In this document: piece after piece, positions 24,301 through 36,900 of the stretch
Position numbering within the stretch: the stretch's first letter is position 1
Layout of the letters: each line of letters begins with the position of its first letter
Assembly: GCA_030390025.1 (NCBI GenBank)
Contig: CM059431.1
Coordinates: 137,890,001-137,954,000, forward strand
Direction: 5' to 3'
Length of the DNA stretch: 64,000 nt
Source: Squalus acanthias
Lineage: Eukaryota
The notes under the pieces: model-generated
Databases searched by the model: none
What the model saw: only the letters and a program-made list of their open reading frames with translations
Told to the model about the DNA's origin: nothing
Translations under genes and position numbers: made by a program

Positions 24301-27300
24301 TTCGACCTTCACTGTTTCCAGCTTTGGACGTCCACTGTTTCTAGCTTTGTACCTTCACTTTTTCTAGCTTTGGCGCTTCACTCTCTCCAGCTGTGGTTCT
24401 CCACTGTTTCAAGCTTTGGACCTCCACTGTTTCTAGCTTTGGACCTCCACTGTTTCCAGTTTTGGACCTTCACTGTTTCTAGATTTGGAACTTCACTATT
24501 TCTGGCTTTGTATCTCCACTCTTTCTAGCTTTGGACGTCCACTGTTTCTAGCTTTGTACCTTCACTTTTTCTAGCTTTGGCACTTCACTCTCTCTAGCTT
24601 TGGACCTCCACTGTTTCTAGCTTTGGACCAACACTGTTTCTAGCTTTGGACCTTCACTGTTTCTGGCTTTGGACCTTCTCTGTTTCTTACATTCGACCTT
24701 CACTGTTTCCAGCTTTGGACCTCCATTGCTTCTAGCTTTGGACCTCTACTTTTTCAAGCTTTGGACCAACACTGTTTCTAGCTTTGGACCTTCACTGTTT
24801 CTACCTTTGGACCAACAGTGTTTCTAGCTTTGAAACTTCACTGTTTCTAACTTTGGACCTTCACTGTTTCCAGCTTTGGACCTCCACTGTTTCTAGCTTT
24901 GGACCTCCAATTTTTCTAGCTTTGGACCTTCACTATTTCTGGCTTTGGATCTCCACTCTTTCTAGCTTTGGACGTCCACTGTTTCTAGCTTTGTACCTTC
25001 ACTTTTTCTAGCTTTGGCCCTTCACTCTCTCTAGCTGTGGACCTCCACTGTTTCAAGCTTTGGACCTCCACTGTTTCTAGCTGTGGACCTCCACTGTTTC
25101 TAGCTTTGGACCTCCACTGTTTCTAGCTTTGGACCTTCACTGTTTCTAGATATGCAACTTCACTATTTCTGGCTTTGGATCTCCACTCTTTCTAGCTTTG
25201 GACCTCCAATGTTTTTAGCTTTGTACCTTCACTGTTTCTAGCTTTGGCCCTTCACTCTCTCTAGCTGTGGAACTCTACTGTTTCTAGCTTTGGACCGTCA
25301 CTGTTTCTAGCTTAGTATCTCCACTCTTTCTAGCTTTGGACCTCCAATGTTTTTAGCTTTGTACCTTCACTGTTTCTAGCTTTGGCCCTTCACTCTCTCT
25401 AGCTGTGGACCTCCACTGTTTCAAGCTTTGGACCTCCACTGTTTCTAGCTTTGGACCTCCACTGTTTCTAGCTTTGGGCCTTCACTGTTTCTCGATATGG
25501 AACTTTACTATTTCTGGTTTGTATCTCTACTCTTTCTAAGTTTGGACCTCCACTTTTTCTAGCTTTGGACCTCCACTGTTTCTAGCTTTGGACCAACACT
25601 GTTTCTAGCTTTGGACCTTCACTGTTTCTAGCTTTGGACCAACACTGTTTCTAGCTTTGGAACTTCACTGTTTCTAACTTTGGACCTTCACTGTTTCCAG
25701 CTTTGGACCTCCACTGTTTCTCGCTTTGGACCTCCATTGTTTCTAGCTTTGGACCTCCACTGTTTCCAGATTTGGAACTTCACTATTTCTGGCTTTGGAT
25801 CGCCACTCTTTCTAGCTTTGGACGTCCACTGTTTCTAGCTTTGTACCTTCACTTTTTCTAGCTTAGGCCCTTCACTCTCTCTAGCTGTGGACCTCTACTG
25901 TTTCAAGCTTTGGACCTTCACTGTTTCTGGCTTTGGACCTTCACTGTTTCTTACATTCGGCCTTCACTGTTTCCAGCTTTGGATCTCCACTGTTTCCAGC
26001 TTTGGACCTTCACTGTTTCTAGCTTTGTACCTCCATCATTTCTAGCTTTGAACATTCACTGTTTCCAGCTTTGGACGCTCACTGTTTCTAGCTTTGGACC
26101 TCCATTGCTTCTAGCTTTGGACCTCTACTGTTTCAAGCTTTGGACCAACACTGTTTCTAGCTTTGGACCTTCACCGTTTCTAGCTTGGGATAACACTGCT
26201 TCTAGCTTTTGAACTTCACTGTTTCTAACTTTGGACCATCACTGTTTCCAGCTTTGGACCTCCACTGTTTCTAGCTTTGGACCTCCACTGTTTCTAGCTT
26301 TGGACCTTCATAGTTTCTAGATTTGGAACTTCACTATTTCTGGCTTTGTATCTCCACTCTTACTAGCTTTGGACGTCCACTGTTTCTAGCTTTGTACCTT
26401 CACTTTTTCTAGCTTTGGCGCTTCACTCTCTCTAGCTGTGGACCTCCACTGTTTCAAGCTTTGGACCTCCACTGTTTCTAGCTTTGGACCTCCACTGTTT
26501 CCAGTTTTGGACCTTCACTGTTTCTAGATTTGGAACTTCACTATTTCTGGCTTTGTATCTCCACTCTTTCTAGCTTTGGACGTCCACTGTTTCTAGCTTT
26601 GTACCTTCACTTTTTCTAGCTTTGGCGCTTCACTCTCTCTAGCTTTGGACCTCCACTGTTTCTAGCTTTGGACCAACACTGTTTCTAGCTTTGGACCTTC
26701 ACTGTTTCTGGCTTTGGACCTTCTCTGTTTCTTACATTCGACCTTCACTATTTCCAGCTTTGGATCTCCACTGTTTCCATCTTTGGACCTTCACTGTTTG
26801 TAGCTTTGGACCGCCATCATTTCTAGCTTTGAACATTCACTGTTTCTAGCTTTGTACCTTCACTTTTTCTGGCTTTGGACCTTCTCTGTTTCTTACATTC
26901 GACCTTCACTGTTTCCAGCTTTGTATCTCCACTCTTTCTAGCTTTGGACGTCCACTGTTTCTAGCTTTGTACCTTCACTTTTTGTAGCTTTGGCGCTTCA
27001 CTCTCTCTAGCTTTGGACCTCCACTGTTTCTAGCTTTGGACCAACACTGTTTCTAGCTTTGGACCTTCACTGTTTCTGGCTTTGGACCTTCTCTGTTTCT
27101 TACATTCGACCTTCACTGTTTCCAGCTTTGGACGTCCACTGTTTCTAGCTTTGTACCTTCACTTTTTCTAGCTTTGGCGCTTCACTCTCTCCAGCTGTGG
27201 ACCTCCACTGTTTCAAGCTTTGGACCTCCACTGTTTCTAGCTTTGGACCTCCACTGTTTCCAGTTTTGGACCTTCACTGTTTCTAGATTTGGAACTTCAC

Positions 27301-30300
27301 TATTTCTGGCTTTGTATCTCCACTCTTTCTAGCTTTGGACGTCCACTGTTTCTAGCTTTGTACCTTCACTTTTTCTAGCTTTGGCGCTTCACTCTCTCTA
27401 GCTTTGGACCTCCACTGTTTCTAGCTTTGGACCAACACTGTTTCTAGCTTTGGACCTTCACTGTTTCTGGCTTTGGACCTTCTCTGTTTCTTACATTCGA
27501 CCTTCACTGTTTCCAGCTTTGGATCTCCACTGTTTCCATCTTTGGACCTTCACTGTTTCCAGCTTTGGACCTCCATTGCTTCTAGCTTTGGACCTCTACT
27601 TTTTCAAGCTTTGGATCAACACTGTTTCTAGCTTTGGACCTTCACTGTTTCTACCTTTGGACCAACAGTGTTTCTAGCTTTGAAACTTCACTGTTTCTAA
27701 CTTTGGACCTTCACTGTTTCCAGCTTTGGACCTCCACTGTTTCTAGCTTTGGACCTCCAATTTTTCTAGCTTTGGACCTTCACTATTTCTAGCTTTGGAT
27801 CTCCACTCTTTCTAGCTTTGGACGTCCACTGTTTCTAGCTTTGTACCTTCACTTTTTCTAGCTTTGGCCCTTCACTCTCTCTAGCTGTGGACCTCCACTG
27901 TTTCAAGCTTTGGACCTCCACTGTTTCTAGCTGTGGACCTCCACTGTTTCTAGCTTTGGACCTCCACTGTTTCTAGCTTTGGACCTTCACTGTTTCTAGA
28001 TATGCAACTTCACTATTTCTGGCTTTGGATCTCCACTCTTTCTAGCTTTGGACCTCCAATGTTTTTAGCTTTGTACCTTCACTGTTTCTAGCTTTGGCCC
28101 TTCACTCTCTCTAGCTGTGGAGCTCTACTGTTTCTAGCTTTGGACCGTCACTGTTTCTAGCTTAGTATCTCCACGCTTTCTAGCTGTGGACCTCCACTGT
28201 TTCTAGCTTTGGAGCTCCACTCTTGCTGGATTTGGAGCTCCGCTCTTTCTAGCTTTTGACTTTCTCTGTCTCTAGCTTTGGACCTCCTCTGTTTCTAAAT
28301 TTCGACCTTCACTGTTTCTGGCTTTGGACCTTCACTGTTTCTTGCTTTGGACAAACACGGTTTCTAGCTTTCGACCTTCACTGTTTCTAGCTTTGGACAT
28401 CCACTGTTTTTCGCATTGGACCTCCAATTTTTTTAGCTTTGGACCAAAACTGTTTCTAGCTTTGGACCTTCACTGTTTCTAACTTTGGACCTTCACTGTT
28501 TCTAGCTTTGGACCTCCACTTTTCTAGCTTTGGACCTCCACAGTTTCTAGCTTTGGACCTCCACTGTTTCTAGCATTGGATCTCAACTGTTTCTAGCTTT
28601 GGACCTTCACTGTTTCTAGCTTTGGAACTTCACTGTTTCTAGGTTTGGATCTCCACTGTTTCTAGCTTTGGAACTTCGCTGTTTCTAGCTTTAGATCTCC
28701 ACTGTTTCTAGCTTTGGACCTTCATTGTTTCTAGCTTTGGACCTCTACAGTTTCCAACTTTGGAACTTCACTGTTTCTAGCTTTGGACCTCCACAGGTTC
28801 CAAATTTGAAACTCTGCTCTTTCTAGATTTGGACCTTCACTGTTTCTAGCTTTGGACCTCCACTGTTTCTAGCTTTGGACCTCCACTGTTTCTAGCTTTG
28901 GACCAACACTGTTTCTAGCTTTGGACCTTCACTGTTTCTGGCTTTGGACCTTTACTGTTTCTTACATTCGACCTTCACTGTTTCCAGCTTTGGATCTCCA
29001 CTGTTTCCAGCTTTGGACCTTCACTGTTTCTAGCTTTGGACCTCCATCATTTCTAGCTTTGAACATTCAGTGTTTCGTGCTTTGGACCTTCACTGTTTCT
29101 AGCTTTGGACCTCCATTGCTTCTAGCTTTGGACCTCTACTATTTCAAGCTTTGGACCAACACTGTTTCTAGCTTTGGACCTTCACTGTTTCTAGCTTTGG
29201 AACAACACTGTTTCTAGCTTTTGAACTTCACTGTTTCTAACTTTGGACCTTCACTGTTTCCAGCTTTGGACCTCCACTGTTTCTAGCTTTGGACCTCCAA
29301 TGTTTCTAGCTTTGGAACTCCACTGTTTCTAGATTTGGAACTTCACTATTGCTGGCTTTGGATCTCCACTCTTTTTAGCTTTTGACGTCCACTGTTTCTA
29401 GCTTTGTACCTACACTTTTTCTAGCTTTCGCCCTTCATTCTCTCTAGCTGTGGACCTCCACTGTTTCAATCTTTGGACCTCCACTGTTTCTAGCTTTGGA
29501 CCTCCACTGTTTCTAGCTTTGGACATTCACTGTTTCTAGATATAGAACTTCACTATTTCTGGCTTTGGATCTCCACGCTTTCTAGCTTTGGACCTCCACT
29601 GTTTTTAGCTTTGTACCTTCACTGTTTCTAGCTTTGGCCCTTCACTCTCTCTAGCTGTGGACCTCTACTATTTCTAGCTTTGGACCGACACTGATTCTAG
29701 CTTAGTATCTCCAAGCTTTCTAGCTGTGGACCTCCACTGTTTCTAGCTTTGGAGCTCCACTCTTGCTGGCTTTGAAGCTCCACTCTTTCTAGCTTTGGAC
29801 CTTCTCTGTCTCTAGCTTTGGACCTCCACTGTTTCTAGCTTTCGACCTTCACTGTTTCTGGCTTTGGACCTTCACTGTTTCTAGCTTTGGACCAACACTG
29901 TTTCTAGCTTTCGACCTTCACTGTTTCTAGCTTTGAACACTCACTGTTTCTAGCTTTGGACATCCACTGTTTTTAGCATTGGACCTCCACTGTTTCTAGC
30001 TTTGGACCAACACTGTTTCTAGCTTTGGACTTTCACTGTTTCTAACTTTGGACCATCACTGTTTCTAGCTTTGGACCTCCACTGCTTCTAGCCTTGGACC
30101 TCCACAGTTTCTAGCTTTGGACCTCCACTGTTTCTAGCATTGGATCTCAACTGTTTCTAGCTTTGGACCTTCACTGTTTCTAGCTTTGGAACTTCACTGT
30201 GTCTAGCTTTGGATCTCCACTGTTTCTAGCTTTGGACCTCCACTGTTTCTAGCTTTGGACCTTCGCTGTTTCTAGCTTTGGATCTCCACTGTTTCTAGCT

Positions 30301-30978
30301 TGGGACCTTCACTGTTTCTAGCTTTGGAACTTCACTGTTTCTAGCTTTAGATCTTCACTGATTTCAGCTTTGGACCTTCACCGTTTCTAGATTTGAACCT
30401 CCACTTTTTCTAGCTTTGGACCTTCATTGTTTCTAGCTTTGGAACTCCACTGTTTCTAGCTTTGGACCTTCACTCTTTCTAGTTTTGGACCTCCACAGTT
30501 TCCAACTTTGAACCTTCACTGTCTCTAGCTTTGGATCTACACAGTTTCCAACTTTGGACCTCCGCTATTTCTAGATTTGGACCTTCACTGTTTCTAGCTT
30601 TGGACCTTCACTGTTTCTAGCTTAGGACCAACACTGTTTCTAGCTTTCGACCTTCACTGTTTCATGCTTTGGACATCCACTGTTTGTGGCATTGGACCTC
30701 CTCTGTTTCTAGCTTTGGACCAACACTGTTTCGAGCTTTGGACCTTCACTGTTTCTAACTTTGGACCTTCACTGTTTCTAGCTTTGGACCTCCACTGCTT
30801 CTAGCTTTGGACCTCCACTGTTTCTAGCTTTGGACCTTCACTGTTTCTAGCTTTGGACCTCCACTGTTTCTAGAATTGGATCTCAACTGTTTCTAGCTTT
30901 GGACCGTCACTGTTTCTAGCTTTGGAACTTCACTGTTTCTAGGTTTGAATCTCCACTGTTTCTAGCTTTGGAACTTCG

Positions 30979-33900
30979 CTGTTTCTAGCTTTGGATCTCC
31001 ACTGTTTCTAGCTTTGGACCTTCATTGTTTCTAGCTTTGGACCTCCACTGTTTGTAGCTTTGGACCTTCACTCTTTCTAGTTTTGGACCTCCACAGTTTC
31101 CAACTTTGGACCTTCACTGTTTCTAGCTTTGGACCTCCACAGGTTCCAACTTTGAAACTCCGCTCTTTCATGATTTGGACCTTCACTGTTTCTAGCTTTA
31201 GACCTCCACTGTTTCTAGCTTTGGACCTCCACTGTTTCTAGAATTGGATCTCAACTGTTTCTAGCTTTGGACCTTCACTGTTTCTAGCTTTGGAACTTCA
31301 CTGTTTCTAGCTTTGGAACTTCACTGTTTCTAGCTTTGGATCTCCACTGTTTCTAGATTTGGACCTCCACTGTTTCTAGTTCTGGACCTTCATTATTTCT
31401 AGCTTTCGACCTCCACTGTTTCTAGCTTTGGACCTTCACTCTTTGTAGTTTTGGACGTCCACAGTTTCCAACTTTGAAGCTTCACTGTTTCTAGCTTTGG
31501 ACCTACACAGTTTCCAACTTTGGACCTCCGCTATTTCTAGATTTGGACCTTCACTGTTTCTAGCTTTTGACCTTCACTGTTTCTAGCTTAGGACCAACAC
31601 TGTTTCTAGCTTTCGACCTTCACTGTTTCAAGCTTTGGACATCCACTGTTTGTGGCATTGGACATCCTCTGTTTCTAGCTTTGGACCAACACTGTTTCTA
31701 GCTTTGGACCTTCACTGTTTCTAACTTTGGACCTTCACTGTTTCTAGCTTTGGACCTCCACTGCTTCTAGCTTTGGACCTCCACTGTTTCTAGCTTTGGA
31801 CCTTCACTGTTTCTAGCTTTGGACGTCCACTGTTTCTAGAATTGGATCTCAACTGTTTCTAGCTTTGGACCTTCACTGTTTCTAGCTTTGGAACTTCACT
31901 GTTTCTAGGTTTGGATCTCCACTGTTTCTAGCTTTGGAACTTCGCTGTTTCTAGCTTTGGATCTCCACTGTTTCTAGCTTTGGACCTTCATTGTTTCTAG
32001 CTTTGGACCTCCACTGTTTCTAGCTTTGGACCTCCACTGTTTCTAGCTTTGGACCTCCACAGGTTCCAACTTTGAAACTCCGCTCTTTCTAGATTTGGAC
32101 CTTCACTGTTTCTAGCTTTGGACCTCCACTGTTTCTAGCTTTGGACCTCCACTGTTTCTAGAATTGGATCTCAACTGTTTCTAGCTTTGGACCTTCACTG
32201 TTTCTAGCTTTGGAACTTCACTGTTTCTAGCTTTGGAACTTCGCTGTTTCTAGCTTTGGATCTCCACTGTTTCTAGCTTTGGACCTTCATTGTTTCTAGC
32301 TTTGGATCTCCACTGTTTCTAGCTTTGGACCTCCACTGTTTCTAGCATTGGATCTCAACTGTTTCAACTTTGGACCTTCACTGTTTCTAGCTTTGGACCT
32401 TCACTGTTTCTAACTTTGGACCTTCACTGTTTCTAGCTTTGGACCTCCACTGCTTCTAGCTTTGGACCTCCACAGTTTCTAGCTTTGGACCTCCACTGTT
32501 TCTAGCATTGGATCTCAACTGTTTCTAGCTTTGGACCTTCACTGTTTCTAGCTTTGGAACTTCACTGTTTCTAGCTTTGGACATCCACTGTTTTTCGCAT
32601 TGGACCTCCAATTATTCTAGCTTTGGACCAAAACTGTTTCTAGCTTTGGACCTTCACTGTTTCTAACTTTGGACCTTCACTGTTTCTAGCTTTGGACCTC
32701 CACTGCTTCTAGCTTTGGACCTCCACAGTTTCTAGCTTTGGACCTCCACTGTTTCTAGCATTGGATCTCAACTGTTTCTAGCTTTGGACCTTCACTGTTT
32801 CTAGCTTTGGAACTTCACTGTTTCTAGCTTTGGATCTCCACTGTTTCTAGATTTGTACCTCCACTGTTTCTAGTTTTGGACCTTCATTGTTTCTAGCTTT
32901 CGACCTCCACTGTTTCTAGCTTTGGACCTTCACTCTTTGTAGTTTTGGACCTCCACAGTTTCCAACTTTGAAGCTTCACTGTTTCTAGCTTTGGACCTAC
33001 ACAGTTTCCAACTTTGGACCTCCGCTATTTCTAGATTTGGACCTTCACTGTTTCTAGCTTTGGACCTTCACTGTTTTTAGCTTAGGACCAACACTGTTTC
33101 TAGCTTTCGACCTTCACTGTTTCAAGCTTTGGACATCCACTGTTTGTGGCATTGGACATCCTCTGTTTCTTGCTTTGGACAAACACTGTTTCTAGCTTTG
33201 GACCTTCACTGTTTCTAACTTTGGACCTTCACTGTTTCTAGCTTTGGACCTCCACTGCTTCTAGCTTTGGACCTCCACTGTTTCTAGCTTTGGACCTTCA
33301 CTGTTTCTAGCTTTGGACGTCCACTGTTTCTAGAATTGGATCTCAACTGTTTCTAGCTTTGGACCTTCACTGTTTCTAGCTTTGGAACTTCACTGTTTCT
33401 AGGTTTGGATCTCCACTGTTTCTAGCTTTGGAACTTCGCTGTTTCTAGCTTTGGATCTCCACTGTTTCTAGCTTTGGACCTTCATTGTTTCTAGCTTTGG
33501 ACCTCCACTGTTTCTAGCTTTGGACCTTCACTCTTTCTAGTTTTGGACCTCCACAGTTTCCAACTTTGAACCTTCACTGTTTCTGGCTTTGGACCTTCAC
33601 TGTTTCTATCTTTGGACCAACATTGTTTCTAGCTATCAACCTTCACTGTTTCTAGCTTTGGACCTACACTGTTTCTAACTTTGGACTAACATTGTTTCTA
33701 GCTTTGGACCTTCACAATTTCTAGATTTGTAATTTCCCTGTTTCTAACTTTGGACCTCCACTGTTTCTAGATTTGGACCTCCACTGTTTCTAACTTTGGA
33801 CCTTCACTGTTTCTAGATATGGAACTTCACTATTTCTAGCTTTGGATCTCCACTCTTTCTAGCTTTGGACCTCCACTATTTCTAGCTTTGTACCTTCGCT

Positions 33901-36900
33901 GTTTCTAGCTTTGGCCCTTCACTCTCTCTAGCTGTGGACCTCCACTGTTTCTAGCTTTGGACCGTCACTGTCTCTAGCTTAGCATCTCCACGCTTTCTAG
34001 CTGTGGACCTCCACTGTTTCTAGCTTTGGAGCTCCACTCTTGTTGGCATTGGAGCTCCACTGTTTCTAGCTTTGGAACTTCACTGTTTCTAGCTTTGGAT
34101 CTCCACTGTTTCTAGCTTTGGACCTCCACTGTTTCTAGCTTTGGACCTTCGCTGTTTCTAGCTTTGGATCTCCACTGTTTCTAGCTTTGGACCTTCACGG
34201 TTTCTAGCTTTGGAGCTTCACTGTTTTTAGCTTTGGACCTTCACCGTTTCTAGATTTGGACCACCACTGTTTCTAGCTTTGGACCTTCATTGTTTCTAGC
34301 TTTAGACCTCCACTGTTTCTAGCTTTGGACCTTCACTCTTTCTAGTGTTGGATCATAACAGTTTCCAACTTTGGACCTTCACTGTTTCTAGCTTTGGACC
34401 TCCACTGTTTCTAGCTTTGGACAACACTGTTTATAGCTTCGGACCTTCACTGTTTCTGGCTTTGTACCTTCACGTTTTCTAACTTTCGACCTTCAATGTT
34501 TCCAGCTTTGGACCTCCGCTGTTTCTAGCTTTGGAACTCCACTGTTTCTAGCTTTGGACCTTCACTGTTTCTTGCTTTGTACTACCACTGTTTCTAGCTT
34601 TCGACCACCACTGTTTCTAGCTTTGGACCTTCACTGTTTCCAGCTTTGGACCTCCACTGTTTGTAGCTTTGGAGCTTCATTGTTTCCAGCTTTGGACATC
34701 CACAGTTTCTAGCTTTGGACCTCCACTGTTTCAAGCTTTAGATCAACACTGATTCTAGCTTTGGACCTTCACTGTTTCTAGCTTTGGACCTCCACTGTTT
34801 CTAGCTTTGGACCTTCACTGTTTCTAGCTTTGGACCTCCATTGTTTCTAGCTTTTGACCTTCACTGTGTCTAGCTTTGGACCTCCACTGTTTCTCGCGTT
34901 AGACCTCCACTGTTTCGAGATTGCGAACTCCACTATTTCTAGCTTTGTACCTCCACTCTTTCTAGGTTGGGAACTTCACTATTTCTAGCTTCGGACCTCC
35001 ACTGTTTCTAGCTTTGGACCTTCACTGCTTCTAGCTTTGGACCTCCACCATTTCTAGATTTGAACATTTCACTGTTCCCAGCTTTGGACCTTCACTGTTT
35101 CTAGCTTTGGACCTCCATTGCTTCTAGCTTTGGACCTCCACTTTGGAACTCTACTGTTTCAAGCTTTAGATCAACACTGATTCTAGCTTTGGACCTTCAC
35201 TGTTTCTAGCTTTGGACCTCCACTGTTTCTAGCTTTGGACCTTCACTGTTTCTAGCTTTGGACCTTCACTGTTTCCAGCTTTGGATTTCCACTGTTTCTA
35301 GCTTTGGACCTCCACTGTTTCTTGCTTTTGACCTCCACTGTTTCTAGCTTTGGATCTTCACTGTTTCTAGCTTTGGACCTTCACTGTTTCTAGTTTTGGA
35401 ACTTCACGGTTTCTAGCTTTGGAGCTTCACTGTTTTTAGCTTTGGACCTTCACCGTTTCTAGATTTGGACCACCACTGTTTCTAGCTTTGGACCTTCGTT
35501 GTTTCTAGCTTTAGACCTCCACTGTTTCGAGCTTTGGACCTTCACTCTTTCTAGTGTTGGATCATAACAGTTTCCAACTTTGGACCTTCACTGTTTCTAG
35601 CTTTGGACCTCCACTGTTTCTAGCTTTGGACAACACTGTTTATAGCTTCGGACCTTCACTGTTTCTGGCTTTGTACCTTCACTTTTTCTAGCTTTCGACC
35701 TTCAATGTTTCCAGCTTTGGACCTCCGCTGTTTCTAGCTTTGGAACTCCACTGTTTCTAGCTTTGGACCTTCACTGTTTCTTGCTTTGGACTACCACTGT
35801 TTCTAGCTTTGGACCTCCACTGTTTCTAGCTTTGGACCTTCACTGTTTCTAGCTTTGGACTACCACTGTTTCTAGGTTTCGACCACCACAGTTTCCAACT
35901 TTGGACCTTCACTGTTTCTAGCTTTGGACCTCCACTGTTTCTAGCTTTGGACAACACTGTTTATAGCTTCGGACCTTCACTGTTTCTGGCTTTGTACCTT
36001 CACTTTTTCTAACTTTCGACCTTCAATGTTTCCAGCTTTGGACCTCCGCTGTTTCTAGCTTTGGAACTCCACTGTTTCTAGCTTTGGAGCTTCACTGTTT
36101 CCAGCTTTGGACATCCACAGTTTCTAGCTTTGGACCTTCACTGTTTCTGGCTTTGGACCTTCACTTTTTCCAGCTTTGGACCTTCACTGTTTCTAGCTTT
36201 GGCCCTCCATTTCTTCTAGCTTTGGAACTCTACTGTTTCAAGCTTTAGATCAACACTGATTCTAGCTTTGGACCTTCACTGTTTCTAGCTTTGGACCTCC
36301 ACTGTTTCGAGCTTTGGACCTTCACTGTTTCTAGCTTTGGACCTCCATTGTTTCTAGCTTTGGATCTTCACTGTGTCTAGCTTTGGACCTCCACTGTTTC
36401 TCGCGTTAGACCTCCACTGTTTCGAGATTGCGAACTTCACTATTTCTAGCTTTGTACCTCCACTCTTTCTAGGTTGGGAACTTCACTATTTCTAGCTTCG
36501 GACCTCCACTGTTTCTAGCTTTGGACCTTCACTGCTTCTAGCTTTGGACCTCCACCATTTCTAGATTTGAACATTCACTGTTCCCAGCTTTGGACCTTCA
36601 CTGTTTCTAGCTTTGGACCTCCATTGCTTCTAGCTTTGGACCTCTACTTTGGAACTCTACTGTTTCAAGCTTTAGATCAACACTGATTCTAGCTTTGGAC
36701 CTTCACTGTTTCTAGCTTTGGACCTCCACTGTTTCTAGCTTTGGACCTTCACTGTTTCTAGCTTTGGACCTTCACTGTTTCCAGCTTTGGATTTCCGCTG
36801 TTTCTAGCTTTGGACCTCCACTGTTTCTTGCTTTTGACCTCCACTGTTTCTAGCTTTGGATCTCCACTGTTTCTAGCTTTGGACCTTCATTGTTTCTAGC

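Noticed and set aside
3306..29217. Many 75-125 aa ORFs (LALDLHCF/LWTFTVSSFGP) in the array
   Set aside because: They are translations of the 23-bp repeat cycling through three frames. They open only where CTAG is mutated and mostly start at TTG.
30979..36843. Duplication length is exactly 255 x 23 although it contains indel monomers (net -23)
   Set aside because: Probably coincidence. Other offsets (7930, 9793, 19563) are not multiples of 23.
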